A stretch of DNA of 64,000 bases from Gemmatimonadota bacterium (GTDB lineage Bacteria; Gemmatimonadota; Gemmatimonadetes; JACCXV01; JAHWKZ01): the NCBI GenBank assembly GCA_050732875.1, contig JBOHRQ010000008.1:1384-65383 (forward strand). The letters are read 5' to 3'. Shown here piece by piece: positions 1 to 9,160 of this stretch. Each line of letters begins with the position of its first letter. The stretch's first letter is position 1. Made by a program: the position numbers and the translations under genes. The notes beneath the pieces were generated by a model. It worked only from the letters and a program-made list of their open reading frames with translations, did no database searches and was not told the DNA's origin.

Positions 1-387
1 GGAACCGACTTCGTTCCCCCGGCCACTCATGACCAATCCATCCACGCGTACGACAACGTGCGTCCCCAGACCGTCGTCATCGCCGTCGGCGGGAGCGTCA
101 CCTTCGAGATCTCGTTCGCGAACCACCAGGTCGCGATCTTCGAGCCGGGGACCCGACCCGAGGACATCGACGTCACCCAGACCGAGCCGATCCCCGCGGC
201 CCCGTTCGCCCGCCGCATCACCGACGACGACGGGCTCGTAGTCCGGGGACCCGACCAGCAGTTCACGGCCCTCATGTGGACCACCCCTGCCGGCACCTTC
301 GACGAGCCGGGGAAATATCTCGTGATCTGCACGACGTTCAACCACTTCGTGATCGCCAACATGTACGGCTGGGTCATCGTCCAGTAG
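1..387 (+). CDS. cupredoxin-like (type-1 copper) domain protein, 5'-truncated at the window start
   Basis: The frame is open from position 1 and stops at 385-387. The C-terminus 'YLVICTTFNHFVIANMYGWVIV' has the Cys...His...Met copper ligands, and there is an upstream His in 'FANHQ'. Confidence 0.6.
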   Translation, partial: GTDFVPPATHDQSIHAYDNVRPQTVVIAVGGSVTFEISFANHQVAIFEPGTRPEDIDVTQTEPIPAAPFARRITDDDGLVVRGPDQQFTALMWTTPAGTFDEPGKYLVICTTFNHFVIANMYGWVIVQ

Positions 388-529
388 ATCGATGACGCCG
401 GTCGGCGAACGACGGGGTCTTTCCCGGGAGCACCCTTCCGTGCTTGACAAAACCGGGCCTCGAAGCAATGCTTGAAGTCCCCTCGGTGTCCCCATCCGCT
501 CGACTACGAACCCGGCGACGAAGGTCTGC

Positions 530-1573
530 ATGCGGGTCCTGCTACCGTCTTTTCTCGTTCTCGTCTGCGCCGCGGCGGCGGCCGCCGGGCGGGCGAACGA
601 TGGGCTGCGCCTTGCGGACCGTCTCGAGGTGGTGGTGGAGGAGACCGTCCTCAAGTGGAGCGCGACGGGGCGGCTGCTCGGCCACCTGAACCGCGGCGCC
701 GATCTCGAGCGGCTCGGCGGCCGGGGCGACTGGACGCGCGTCGGCGTCCGGGGCTGGATGTGGCGACCGTCCCTGGAAAGGAGCGGCGACGAATGGCGGG
801 TCACGCCGGTCCGCGAGAACCTGAGGGCCGAGCCCAACGGCGCGATCCTCGGCACCCTCGAGCGGGGGGTGAGGGTGCGGCGCGTCGCCGGGAACGGGAG
901 GTGGTTCGAGATCGAGATGATCGGCTGGCTCCCCGACTCGGCCGTCCGCTCGACGGCGGCCGCGACGGAAGGCAGTTCCGAAGCGCCCGCCCCGCCAGAG
1001 ACCTCCGATAACAGCGAGGGGAAGGGGGCGACCGAGGCCCGGCCCGAGCCGGCCACCGCTTCCCTCTCTCCGGCGAGCGGTCGCGGGACGGCGAGCCGCG
1101 TGGACGAGGAGATCGACCTCCGCTCCGCTCCCGGAGGGACCGTCCTGACGCGCGTCCCCCCCGGCACCGTGCTGCGGGCCGTGGAGCGTCGAGGCGCCTG
1201 GACGCGCGTGCAGATCGAGGGCTGGGTACCGAGCGAAGCGGTGCGCACCGACGGGTCGACCGCATCCGGGCCCGAGGCGGTCGCGCTCGCGCCCGACCGG
1301 TTCGCCGGCCGCCGCGTCCAATGGACTCTGGAGCACGTGGCGCTACAGCGGGCGGAGGAGTGGCGCTCCGAGTTCGAGACCGGCGAGTGGTATGGCCTGG
1401 CGCGAGTTCCGGACCGCACCGCCTACGTCTATCTTGTCATCCCGCCGGCGATGCTCGACGACTTCCGCGGCTTCTCCCCCTTCGAGACGATTCGCGTCGA
1501 GGGGAAGATCCGGACCGGCAAGAGCGAGCTCACCGGCAATCCCGTGCTGGAGGTCGCGCGGCTCCTGCCATGA
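530..1573 (+). CDS. secreted protein with three bacterial SH3 (SH3b)-like repeats
   Basis: N-terminal signal peptide. A roughly 60-aa motif recurs three times: 'GDWTRVGVRGWMWRPS', 'GRWFEIEMIGWLPDSAV', 'GAWTRVQIEGWVPSEAV'. Confidence 0.6.
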   Translation: MRVLLPSFLVLVCAAAAAAGRANDGLRLADRLEVVVEETVLKWSATGRLLGHLNRGADLERLGGRGDWTRVGVRGWMWRPSLERSGDEWRVTPVRENLRAEPNGAILGTLERGVRVRRVAGNGRWFEIEMIGWLPDSAVRSTAAATEGSSEAPAPPETSDNSEGKGATEARPEPATASLSPASGRGTASRVDEEIDLRSAPGGTVLTRVPPGTVLRAVERRGAWTRVQIEGWVPSEAVRTDGSTASGPEAVALAPDRFAGRRVQWTLEHVALQRAEEWRSEFETGEWYGLARVPDRTAYVYLVIPPAMLDDFRGFSPFETIRVEGKIRTGKSELTGNPVLEVARLLP

Positions 1574-2001
1574 GGGTCTGGGCGCGGCGCGGAGCGCACG
1601 TGCTGATCGTCCTGCCGCGCGGGAGCGAGATCCTGGAAGGTGTTCGCGAAGCGGCTCGCGAGGCGGCCATCGAGAGCGCCTCCTTCGTCGGCCTGGGGGC
1701 CGTCGAGCAGCTCCGGCTGGCCTGGTTCGACCGCTACGAGACGCGGTACCGGGAATCGACCCTGGAAGGGGTCTGGGAAATCGCCAGCCTGATCGGGAAC
1801 GTTACCCGCTACGAGGGCGCGCCTCGCGTCCACGCCCATCTCGTGGCGTCCGACCGTTCCTGCCAGGTACGGGCCGGGCACCTGGCCGGAGGCGTGGTGG
1901 CGGTCACCTGCGAGATCACGCTCACGCCGTTCGACGCGCCGCTCGAGCGCCGCTTTGACGACGCCTTCAATCTTCCCTTGATCGAACTGTCAAGGCGTTG
2001 A
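1570..2001 (+). CDS. PPC/DUF296 domain protein (AT-hook-associated PPC fold)
   Basis: The ATG at 1570 overlaps the upstream stop (ATGA). The sequence 'VLIVLPRGSEILEGVREAA...FVGLGAVEQLRLAWFD...RYEGAPRVHAHLVASD...AGHLAGGVVAVTCEITLTPF' is typical of DUF296. Confidence 0.65.
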   Translation: MRVWARRGAHVLIVLPRGSEILEGVREAAREAAIESASFVGLGAVEQLRLAWFDRYETRYRESTLEGVWEIASLIGNVTRYEGAPRVHAHLVASDRSCQVRAGHLAGGVVAVTCEITLTPFDAPLERRFDDAFNLPLIELSRR

Positions 2002-2029
2002 ACGCCCTGCGGGCTTTTTCGGCCTCCGC

Positions 2030-2527
2030 CTACCGCCAGGAGGTGCCGATCGCCGTCCGCGCTTCCCTCAGCGCCTCCGGCGCGCTCGGCGGCAGCACCC
2101 CGTAATCCCACTCGGAGATCGTGATCGCCGCCTGGTCGGGCTCCTTCTGGAATATGATCACGTCCTTCGCGCGGACCATCCGCCATCCGGGAAGGCTGTC
2201 CTTGTAGAAGGCCGCCACGCGGTCCCAGGAGTCGGGCGTGAAGGCCTGGACGCGGAACGTGGAGGAGGGGGTCCGGCTGAGCATCCAGACGGTCGCGCCG
2301 GGATACGGAGGGATTCCGGCCGCCGCCTCGGCGGCGGGCATCGGTTCGCCGTCCGGGGTTGGGGGCGCGAGCGTGTCGGGGTCCACCGCCGCAACGGTCG
2401 ACGGCGGTGCGGGCGTCTCTTCGGACACGGAGCCGCCACGATCCCGGTCGCAGGCCATCAGGAAGGCCGGCAGAAGAACGGCGAGCAGGCCCGGAGCTAG
2501 AAGTCCTGGACGGTGAACGAGGGCCAC
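2030..2527 (-). CDS. lipoprotein, function unknown
   Basis: Signal peptide with a lipobox ('LPAFLMAC'). It is Pro/Ala-rich after the Cys. Confidence 0.5.
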   Translation of the reverse strand: MALVHRPGLLAPGLLAVLLPAFLMACDRDRGGSVSEETPAPPSTVAAVDPDTLAPPTPDGEPMPAAEAAAGIPPYPGATVWMLSRTPSSTFRVQAFTPDSWDRVAAFYKDSLPGWRMVRAKDVIIFQKEPDQAAITISEWDYGVLPPSAPEALREARTAIGTSWR

Positions 2528-3411
2528 TTTTCGACGGTCTGGTCCACGAGCGACACGAACTGGCCGTCGGTCAGCCGGATCTCCCAGCGCTTCAGCTCAC
2601 CGGTCTGCGGGTGCCACGTGTAGAAGCTGACCCGATAGTCGTCGATACCGGCCCGCTGGACGCGGGGCGGGCTCACGGTGCCGCGCACGGTGTCGGGGAT
2701 CTTCCCGTACAGGAGGGCATCTCCCTCATCGGCATCGAAGCGTCGCAGTCCCTGCGGGATCTCGTCGATCGAGCTGAGCACTCGAACGACGTTCAGCTCG
2801 GCGAACGTGATCGAATCCACGCTCGAGCGCGTGTAGCGGTAGTCGAAATTGTAGAATGCCTCGATCACGAAGCGGGCCAGCCCAAGCGCCTCGTCCGCCG
2901 AGGTCGGCTTGACGCGCTCGCGATCCAGCAGGGCGTTGAGGGCGTCGATGTAGCCGCGGTTCATGACGTGGTTGAACGCGCCCGGCTCCATCCGGTTGAC
3001 GAGCGGCCAGGCGCGGTCGTTCTCGGTCACCACGAACAGCCCCTGATACAGATCGCCCTCGGTGGTGACGCTGTAGAGCGAAACGTCACCCACCGCCGGG
3101 TTCAGGATCCGGCCGAGGATGATGATTTCGTGGAAGAAGTCGTCCGGCGTGGGCTCGGGAAGCGCGATCCTCCCCGCGTCGTCCGGCGTGTTGTGGAGGA
3201 AGTCCCGCATCAGGCGCTCGTAATGCGGCCACCACAACGCGAAGGCGGCCTGCCGGACGAGCAGCGTCTCGGCGGCCGGGGTCACCGGTCGCACGTCCTG
3301 CGCCGCGGCCGGCGTAGCCAGAGCCGCGAGAACCAGGCAGAACAGGAGCAGACCGGGCGCACGGAGGCGAGGCCTGGCGTGGGGGATCCCGTACCGCATG
3401 AGACGATTCAA
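2497..3411 (-). CDS. secreted hypothetical protein
   Basis: A 304-aa ORF with an N-terminal signal peptide ('LLLFCLVLAALATPAAAQ'). I recognised no known domain. Confidence 0.5.
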   Translation of the reverse strand: MNRLMRYGIPHARPRLRAPGLLLFCLVLAALATPAAAQDVRPVTPAAETLLVRQAAFALWWPHYERLMRDFLHNTPDDAGRIALPEPTPDDFFHEIIILGRILNPAVGDVSLYSVTTEGDLYQGLFVVTENDRAWPLVNRMEPGAFNHVMNRGYIDALNALLDRERVKPTSADEALGLARFVIEAFYNFDYRYTRSSVDSITFAELNVVRVLSSIDEIPQGLRRFDADEGDALLYGKIPDTVRGTVSPPRVQRAGIDDYRVSFYTWHPQTGELKRWEIRLTDGQFVSLVDQTVEKWPSFTVQDF

Positions 3412-3505
3412 TGTACGTGCGGGCGGTGGCCGGGGGCAACCGGCGGCGGGCGGGCCTAGAGGAGGCCGTTGCTCCGACCGGCGCCGGCCCTAACTTGGGC
3501 CCGCC

Positions 3506-4756
3506 GTGTCCTCTCCCTGGAGCTATCGCGAGGGTGATCTCGCCGCCGGCGGGATGCCGCTCGCGCACCTGGCCGACCGTCACGGCACGCCGCTTTACGT
3601 GTACCATCGCCCCACCATCGCCGAGCGGGTCTCCCGGGTCCGCAGTGCCTTTCGCGACCATCCGACGCGTCTGTGCTACTCGGTCAAGGCGAACTCCAAC
3701 CTGCGCCTGCTGAAGTGGCTGGCGCAGCTCGGGGTCGGCTTCGACGTGGTCTCCGGGGGCGAGCTCGAGCGGCTGGAGGCGGTCGGGGTACCTCCCTCCG
3801 AGGTCGTTTTCGCCGGCGTCGGCAAGACACCCGGGGAGCTGTCGCGAGCGGTCGGCGGGGGCCTCTGGATGATCAATCTCGAGTCCGTCGAGGAGGCCCG
3901 GCGCGTGGCGGAGCTCGCCCGCGGCCACGCTCGCCCCACACCGGTCAGCCTGCGTCTCAACCCTGACGTGGATGCACGCACGCATCGCCACATCACCACC
4001 GGCCGCAAGGTCGACAAGTTCGGCATCGCCATCGGGGAGTTCGAGCCGTTGATCGAGTGGCTCAGCGCCGACCCGCACGTGGAGGTGGTCGGGCTCCACA
4101 TGCACATCGGAAGCCAGATCACCGATCCGGAGCCCTATCGGGACGGCCTCCGGGTCCTTCTGGATTGCGGACGGACCGCGCGCTCGGCCGGCGCCCCGGT
4201 CCGTTGGATCAACGCCGGGGGCGGCTTCGGAATCTCGTACGACGGCGACCCGGTGCCGTCCGCCGAGGACTACGCCCGCGCGATTCTGCCCGGCGTGCAG
4301 GATTTCGGCGCGGAGCTCCTGCTGGAGCTCGGCCGCTATCTGGTCGGACCGGCCGGCTGCCTCCTGACCCGGGTCCTCTACCGGAAGGAGCGAAGCGGGC
4401 GGGCGCTCGTCGTGGTGGACGCCGGGATGAACGATCTCGTCCGTCCGGCCCTGTACGAGGCCAAGCATCGGATCTGGCCGTTGACGGAGCGGGACGGGAG
4501 CCGGCCTACCGACATCGCCGGACCGATCTGCGAGTCGACCGACTTCCTGGGACGCGATCGCCCCCTGCCGCCGCTCGAGCCCGGCGACCTGCTGGCGGTC
4601 CTCGACACGGGCGCCTACGGGATGGCGATGGCCAGCCACTACAACACGCACCCGCGTGCCGCCGAGGTGTGGATCACGGAAGACGGCGTGGCCGAGACGA
4701 TCCGTCGCCGCGAGACCGTCGACGACGTGCTGGCCATCGAGCGCGAAGCGCTCTGA
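3506..4756 (+). CDS. lysA: diaminopimelate decarboxylase
   Basis: Motifs of the Orn/DAP/Arg decarboxylase fold: 'GTPLYVY', 'YSVKANSN', 'GFDVVSGGEL', 'EPGRYLVG', 'CESTD'. It is 416 aa. Confidence 0.9.
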   Translation: MSSPWSYREGDLAAGGMPLAHLADRHGTPLYVYHRPTIAERVSRVRSAFRDHPTRLCYSVKANSNLRLLKWLAQLGVGFDVVSGGELERLEAVGVPPSEVVFAGVGKTPGELSRAVGGGLWMINLESVEEARRVAELARGHARPTPVSLRLNPDVDARTHRHITTGRKVDKFGIAIGEFEPLIEWLSADPHVEVVGLHMHIGSQITDPEPYRDGLRVLLDCGRTARSAGAPVRWINAGGGFGISYDGDPVPSAEDYARAILPGVQDFGAELLLELGRYLVGPAGCLLTRVLYRKERSGRALVVVDAGMNDLVRPALYEAKHRIWPLTERDGSRPTDIAGPICESTDFLGRDRPLPPLEPGDLLAVLDTGAYGMAMASHYNTHPRAAEVWITEDGVAETIRRRETVDDVLAIEREAL

Positions 4757-4757
4757 G

Positions 4758-4783
4758 CCGGGCTCAGGGATCGGAGAGCCCGG
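4758..4783 (+). terminator. GC hairpin downstream of lysA, a possible U-tract-less terminator
   Basis: 8-bp inverted repeat CCGGGCTC (4758-4765) / GAGCCCGG (4776-4783) with a 10-nt loop, right after the lysA stop. There is no T-run. Confidence 0.3.
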
Positions 4784-4941
4784 ACCGAGGGGAGGCCCGC
4801 GCCCTGCCCGCGAGTGCCACGAAACCCGGCGCGGGATACAATGGTAGTAGGAAGGCACGCTGATCTCGATGTCCGGCGAGCTGCCCGACCATCCTCGCCG
4901 CGGCCACGGCCGGCGCATCCGCTTCGAATCGGAGGAACCCC

Positions 4942-6069
4942 ATGTCACGCATGTCGATGATCGTCCTGGCGGCCTCAGCCTGCCTCGCCTGGCCGAGCGT
5001 GGAGTTGGCGGCCCAGGAGCCGTCCGCGGCGGCCGAGCCGGCCCCCACCGCTGGAACCACCTCCGACGGGCCGTCAGGCTACGTCCTCTTCGTCGGGTTG
5101 GAGTCGGAGGACGCCGTGGCGATCGTCGACCCCGCGGCGGGCGAGGTCGTCAAGAAGATCCCGGTCGGCGTCTCGACCGAGGACATCGAAGGCGTCCACG
5201 CGCTGACTCTCGCGCCCGACGGGAAGTACTACTACCTCTCCATCGCCCATGGCTGGCCCTACGGATCGATCTGGAAGATGACGACCGCGAACGATAGCCT
5301 GGTCGCGCGGACGGACGTCGGCCTCTTTCCGGCCACGACGGCGATCACGCCGGACGGTATGTGGCTCTTTGTCGCCAACTACAACCTGCATGGCGACCCG
5401 CAGACCGACACCATTTCGGTGGTGCACACGCCGACGATGACGGAGGTCAAGCAGATCCCCGTCTGCACGAAGCCGCACGGCCTGGTCGCCTCCAACGACG
5501 GAACCACCGTGTACGTCTCCTGCACGCGGGACAACGTGCTGAAGAAGATCAGCCTGTCCACGCTCTCGGTCGTCGACTCGACAAGCACGCTGACCGAGGA
5601 GGACCGTGCCGAGGACAAAGTGTGCTATCCGGCCGGACTGGCGCTCTCGAAGGACGACGGCGAGCTCTACGTCGCGTGCCACAAGCACGCCGAAATCCGG
5701 GTCATGCCCACCGATCGGTTCGGCACCTTCACCAACGCCATCCCGGTGGGCGACGGTCCCTATCTCATCAAGGTGGATCCGGGCGGCGAGAGGCTGTATG
5801 TCCCCAACCGCGACAGCCAGTCGTTCTCGGTGATCGACCTGGCGAGCGAAATCGTCATTGCCACCAAGCCCTCGAGCGCAACGCATCCGCACACGTTCAC
5901 GTTCGGTCCGGACGGGACAGCGTTCCTGTCGATGGAGAGCCACGCCGTCGTGCCCGGCGCGATCGACGTGATCGACCCGGAGACGCTCGAAACGATCCGG
6001 TCGATCCCGGTCGGGCTGCAGGCCACCGGGGCCGGCGCGGTGGCCCTGCCGCCCTCGCACTTCGACTGA
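4942..6069 (+). CDS. YVTN-family beta-propeller repeat protein (secreted)
   Basis: Signal peptide, then repeated ~40-aa units with 'DG..LYV.N..S..VSVID' signatures ('LFVANYN', 'VYVSC', 'LYVACHKH', 'LYVPNRDSQSFSVID'). Confidence 0.75.
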   Translation: MSRMSMIVLAASACLAWPSVELAAQEPSAAAEPAPTAGTTSDGPSGYVLFVGLESEDAVAIVDPAAGEVVKKIPVGVSTEDIEGVHALTLAPDGKYYYLSIAHGWPYGSIWKMTTANDSLVARTDVGLFPATTAITPDGMWLFVANYNLHGDPQTDTISVVHTPTMTEVKQIPVCTKPHGLVASNDGTTVYVSCTRDNVLKKISLSTLSVVDSTSTLTEEDRAEDKVCYPAGLALSKDDGELYVACHKHAEIRVMPTDRFGTFTNAIPVGDGPYLIKVDPGGERLYVPNRDSQSFSVIDLASEIVIATKPSSATHPHTFTFGPDGTAFLSMESHAVVPGAIDVIDPETLETIRSIPVGLQATGAGAVALPPSHFD

Positions 6070-6113
6070 CCGCGCGGCAGCTCGGTTCGTCCAGCGTTGC
6101 CTCGACCCTGCGT

Positions 6114-7556
6114 CTATCTCCGGAACCGCGCGAGCGCGGCGACGATCGAATCCTGAACCGCCCGCCGCGGCCCGGTCGGTCCGGGGAAGAACTCCATGAC
6201 CATGCTGAAGGCCAGCGGCTCTCCGCCGGCCGACATGACGTACCCGGAAAGAGCGGAAACGCCGGACAGGGAACCGGTCTTCGCGCGCGCGTTTCGTTCC
6301 GCGGCGGTTCCTCGCATACGCTCCTCGAGAGTGCCGTCCACGCCGGCGATCGGAAGCGCGCTGAAGAATGACGGCGCGAGATCCTCGCGCCGCGCGACGT
6401 ACGCGAGCAAGTGCACGATCTGTCGCGCCGTGACGAGGTTGTAACGCGAGACGCCGGAGCCGTCGGCCAGCACCATGGCGGTCGTGTCGATCCCCACCTC
6501 GCTCGCCAGGAAGCGCCGCTCCGCCGCTAGACCGGTCTCGTAGTCTCCGGGTGGCCCTGCCACCTCGGCACCGATCACTTTCACGAGCTGCTCCCCCGTG
6601 AGGTTGTCGCTGACCTTGAGGAAGTTGCGTACGCTCACGGAGAGAGAGTCGCTGCGATGGCGGGCGATCGGATGCAGGACCTCGGGGCGGGATGGACGGC
6701 CCGCGGTCAGTGCCGGATCCGCGGGCCCGAGCACGGTCACCCCGCGTCGCGCGAGCAGCTCCCCGAAGACGACCGCCGCGTAAAGGGCCGGGTCCTCGAC
6801 GGTCCGGACCTCGATCACCGGATCGCTTCCGATCGGCAGCACCCCTCGGACGTCGATCACGTTCTCCTTGGGCGTCCAGTGACGTTCGACCGTCAACGTC
6901 GATTCTCCACCAGACGGTCCGGTGCGCGCGCTGACACGCATCTCGATGAACGCGGTCGGCGGATCCAGCGCGGCCCGGACCGGGTCGCCGGCGGCGGCAC
7001 CCGGCTCGACGCGCACCGTGACCGCGTTGTCGTTCAGCGTGAGCGCGCTGCTGTAGGGCCAGTACCAGTACGGGCCGTCGTCCCACATCCATCCCGATCC
7101 CCAGGCCGGCCCGGCGAAGTAATCCGTCACCGGCCGGATGCGTCCTTCGACCGCGCGAACGCCAAGCGAGGCGAGGCTGTCGGCGAGCGCCGCGAGGTCC
7201 TCCGTGACCAGATCGGGGTCGCCACGCCCCACGAGATAGAGATCGCCGCGCAAGGTGTCGCCGGTGACCCGGGCGTCCGAAGCTAGGGTGGTGACGAAAC
7301 GATGGTCGGGACCCAGATAGTGAAGCGCCGATGCGGCGGTGAAGAGCTTGAGGTTGGAGGCCGGCGTGTAGAGGCGATCCGCCTCGCGGGCGTAGATGGT
7401 GTCACCCCGATCCAGCGACACGACGAGCAGGGCGGTCCCGGAGTGGCGGAGACCGGGATCCGCGAGAAGCCGATCGAGTGTCTCGACGACGATCTCGCTG
7501 CCGGCCCCCCGGGCCGAGGACAACGCGCACGCCGCGGGCAGGCCGAGACAGGCCAT
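6114..7556 (-). CDS. dacB: D-alanyl-D-alanine carboxypeptidase/endopeptidase, PBP4 family (peptidase S13)
   Basis: Active-site 'SNLK' context ('ASNLKLFTAASAL'). The C-terminus 'VLADGSGVSRYN', 'IAGVDGTLE..R' and 'AKTGSLSGVSALSGYV' matches PBP4/DacB. Start set at ATG 7556 ('MACLGLPAAC'). The upstream part of the long ORF is the reverse-frame shadow of the lysine-rich gene. Confidence 0.8.
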   Translation of the reverse strand: MACLGLPAACALSSARGAGSEIVVETLDRLLADPGLRHSGTALLVVSLDRGDTIYAREADRLYTPASNLKLFTAASALHYLGPDHRFVTTLASDARVTGDTLRGDLYLVGRGDPDLVTEDLAALADSLASLGVRAVEGRIRPVTDYFAGPAWGSGWMWDDGPYWYWPYSSALTLNDNAVTVRVEPGAAAGDPVRAALDPPTAFIEMRVSARTGPSGGESTLTVERHWTPKENVIDVRGVLPIGSDPVIEVRTVEDPALYAAVVFGELLARRGVTVLGPADPALTAGRPSRPEVLHPIARHRSDSLSVSVRNFLKVSDNLTGEQLVKVIGAEVAGPPGDYETGLAAERRFLASEVGIDTTAMVLADGSGVSRYNLVTARQIVHLLAYVARREDLAPSFFSALPIAGVDGTLEERMRGTAAERNARAKTGSLSGVSALSGYVMSAGGEPLAFSMVMEFFPGPTGPRRAVQDSIVAALARFRR

Positions 7557-7642
7557 GACGACGAAAGCCCGCAGGAGCGGGCTTTCGCGAAAGCGTCGAA
7601 GCGGTCCGAGCCGATCGATCGGCAGTAAGGCTTGCTCGAAGG

Positions 7643-7792
7643 TTACTTCTTCTTTCTCTTCCTTGAAGCCTTCTTCTTCTTGGAGCCCTTCTTTTTCGAG
7701 GCCTTCCTCGAGGCCTTCTTCCTTGAAGCCTTCTTGCGGGCCTTCTTCTTCGAGGCCTTCTTTCTGGTCGACTTTCTGGCCATTGCAGCCAT
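7643..7792 (-). CDS. small lysine-rich histone H1-like basic protein (49 aa, KKAS repeats)
   Basis: 'MAAMARKSTRKKASKKKARKKASRKKASRKASKKKGSKKKKASRKRKKK'. An AGGAGG Shine-Dalgarno (SD) sequence sits 7 nt upstream of the ATG at 7792. The upstream region is AT-rich, which is unusual in this genome. Confidence 0.55.
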   Translation of the reverse strand: MAAMARKSTRKKASKKKARKKASRKKASRKASKKKGSKKKKASRKRKKK

Positions 7793-7892
7793 ACCGTTTC
7801 CTCCTGGTCTGAGCGTCACGACGGTCGGACCGCTCGACAAAAAAAAGTCTATCACAACAATGTGAACGTGCGCAATAGTTTGAACGAGAAAA

Positions 7893-7933
7893 AGAAAGTA
7901 GAAAAAGACTCATCCGGCGAGCGTGTTGACGAG
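7893..7933 (-). terminator. putative intrinsic terminator of pfkA
   Basis: On the minus strand, 'CTCGTC'-13 nt-'GATGAG' forms a 6-bp stem (one GU) spanning the pfk stop. It is followed by 'TCTTTTTCTACTTTCTTTTTCTCG', a T-rich run that is rare in a 70% GC genome. Confidence 0.4.
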
Positions 7934-8902
7934 CTCGAGCAGCGATCGATCGATCTCTTTGTTCTCGGCGACCGCTTCGGCGATCGGTGTCGCGCACACG
8001 GCTTGTCCACGCAAACCGAAGAGCAGGTCGCGCCGGCCTTCGATCGCCGCTCGAGTGGCAGCCGACGCGAGACGGCTGGCAAGAACGCGATCCCGCACGG
8101 TCGGGTTGCCGCCGCGCTGGATGTGCCCGAGGATCGTTACACGCGGGCCGGCTCCGGGCAGATCCCTCAAGCCTGGCGAGCGATCATCGAGCTCCTGGAG
8201 GAGCCCTCGAGCCCCACCGGGATGAGCGCCTTCGGCGACCACGACGATGCACGAGAGCTTCCCGCGACTATAGTTGCCACGGATCACCTCCACGAGCGCG
8301 GCCGGATCGAGCTCCACCTCCGGCAGCACGACCGCCTCCGCGCCACCGCCTACCGCGACCTCGAGCGCGATGAAGCCGCGATTTCGTCCCATGACCTCGA
8401 TGAAGAAGAGACGTTCGAGGGCGTGCGCGGTGTCGCGGACTCGATCGATGGCCTCGAGCGCGGTGTTGCAGGCCGTATCGAAGCCGATCGACTGATCCGT
8501 TCCGCCGAGGTCGTTGTCGATCGTCGAGGCGACGCCGAGGACGGCGCCGTCCCACATCGACTGGAGGTGCGTGGCGCCGTTCTGGGTACCCTCTCCCCCG
8601 ATCGTGATCAGCGCGCTGCAGCGCCGGCGGGTGAGGACGTCGCAGGCGGCACGCCGAACCGCCTCGTCGCGGAAGCGGACCTCGCGCGCGGTGTCGAGCA
8701 CAGACCCTCCACGCTGCAGGACGTTGGCCACGCTGCGCGGCGTGAGCGGGATCGCGTCGTCGTCGATCAGGCCGCAGAAGCCCCTGCGAAACCCGATGAC
8801 GTCCCAGCCGGCGTGCGCGGCGGTGCGCACGACGGCGCGAATGGCCGCGTTCATTCCGGGCGCGTCGCCCCCGCTGGTCAGGACGCCTAGACGCGAGGCC
8901 AT
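7910..8902 (-). CDS. pfkA: ATP-dependent 6-phosphofructokinase
   Basis: 'GVLTSGGDAPGMNAAIR', 'ITIGGEGT', 'STIDNDL', 'MGRNRGFIALE' and 'LGHIQRGG' are canonical PFK motifs. Confidence 0.9.
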   Translation of the reverse strand: MASRLGVLTSGGDAPGMNAAIRAVVRTAAHAGWDVIGFRRGFCGLIDDDAIPLTPRSVANVLQRGGSVLDTAREVRFRDEAVRRAACDVLTRRRCSALITIGGEGTQNGATHLQSMWDGAVLGVASTIDNDLGGTDQSIGFDTACNTALEAIDRVRDTAHALERLFFIEVMGRNRGFIALEVAVGGGAEAVVLPEVELDPAALVEVIRGNYSRGKLSCIVVVAEGAHPGGARGLLQELDDRSPGLRDLPGAGPRVTILGHIQRGGNPTVRDRVLASRLASAATRAAIEGRRDLLFGLRGQAVCATPIAEAVAENKEIDRSLLELVNTLAG

Positions 8903-9160
8903 GGACGGAAGTCGGGAGGGGAGGGGAGTCGCATGTGGGGGGCGAAGGTAGCCGGCGCATCGGGTCGTGTCAGCGTGCGGCAGGCGTCCTCGCGGGTGTG
9001 GTTTGGCGAGGACGATCGCTGGAGTACGGGGGGCCGGCGCCGGTTCAGCGTGGGGCGGGACATTGCCAAGCCCCGCAGTGAGTTAGGGGGGAGACGGAAC
9101 CTTTCGGCACGTCCCGTGCTAGGATAGATCAGCGACCCTATTCCCAAAGTGGAGGAACCC

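Noticed and set aside
388-529. TTGACA at 445-450 as a promoter for the SH3-repeat gene
   Set aside because: The best -10 at the right spacing (AATGCT) is weak. It is left as unannotated.
3412-3505. Possible lysine (L-box) riboswitch upstream of lysA
   Set aside because: Only about 94 nt of leader is available and no L-box conserved segments were seen.
3086-4948. 620-aa minus-strand ORF antiparallel to lysA. Similar very long ORFs lie at 5074-7092(-), 15988-19509(-), 24563-26701(-), 57904-59373(-) and 60648-61934(+).
   Set aside because: They are Arg/Pro/Gly-rich shadow ORFs opposite genes that have clear catalytic motifs. This is the usual antisense open frame of roughly 70% GC DNA.
7650-7770. 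Short tandem nucleotide repeats (gaggccttcttc...) that could be mistaken for a CRISPR or mini-satellite
   Set aside because: The units are 12-15 nt, imperfect, have no spacers, and lie inside a coding sequence whose amino-acid repeats they encode.
7557-7997. N-terminal extension of the dacB ORF with the 'EGLEEEGPQEGFKEEGLEEGLEKEGL' repeat
   Set aside because: It is the reverse-frame image of the lysine-rich KKAS-repeat gene and is not in the same frame. dacB more plausibly starts at ATG 7556, just before its signal peptide.
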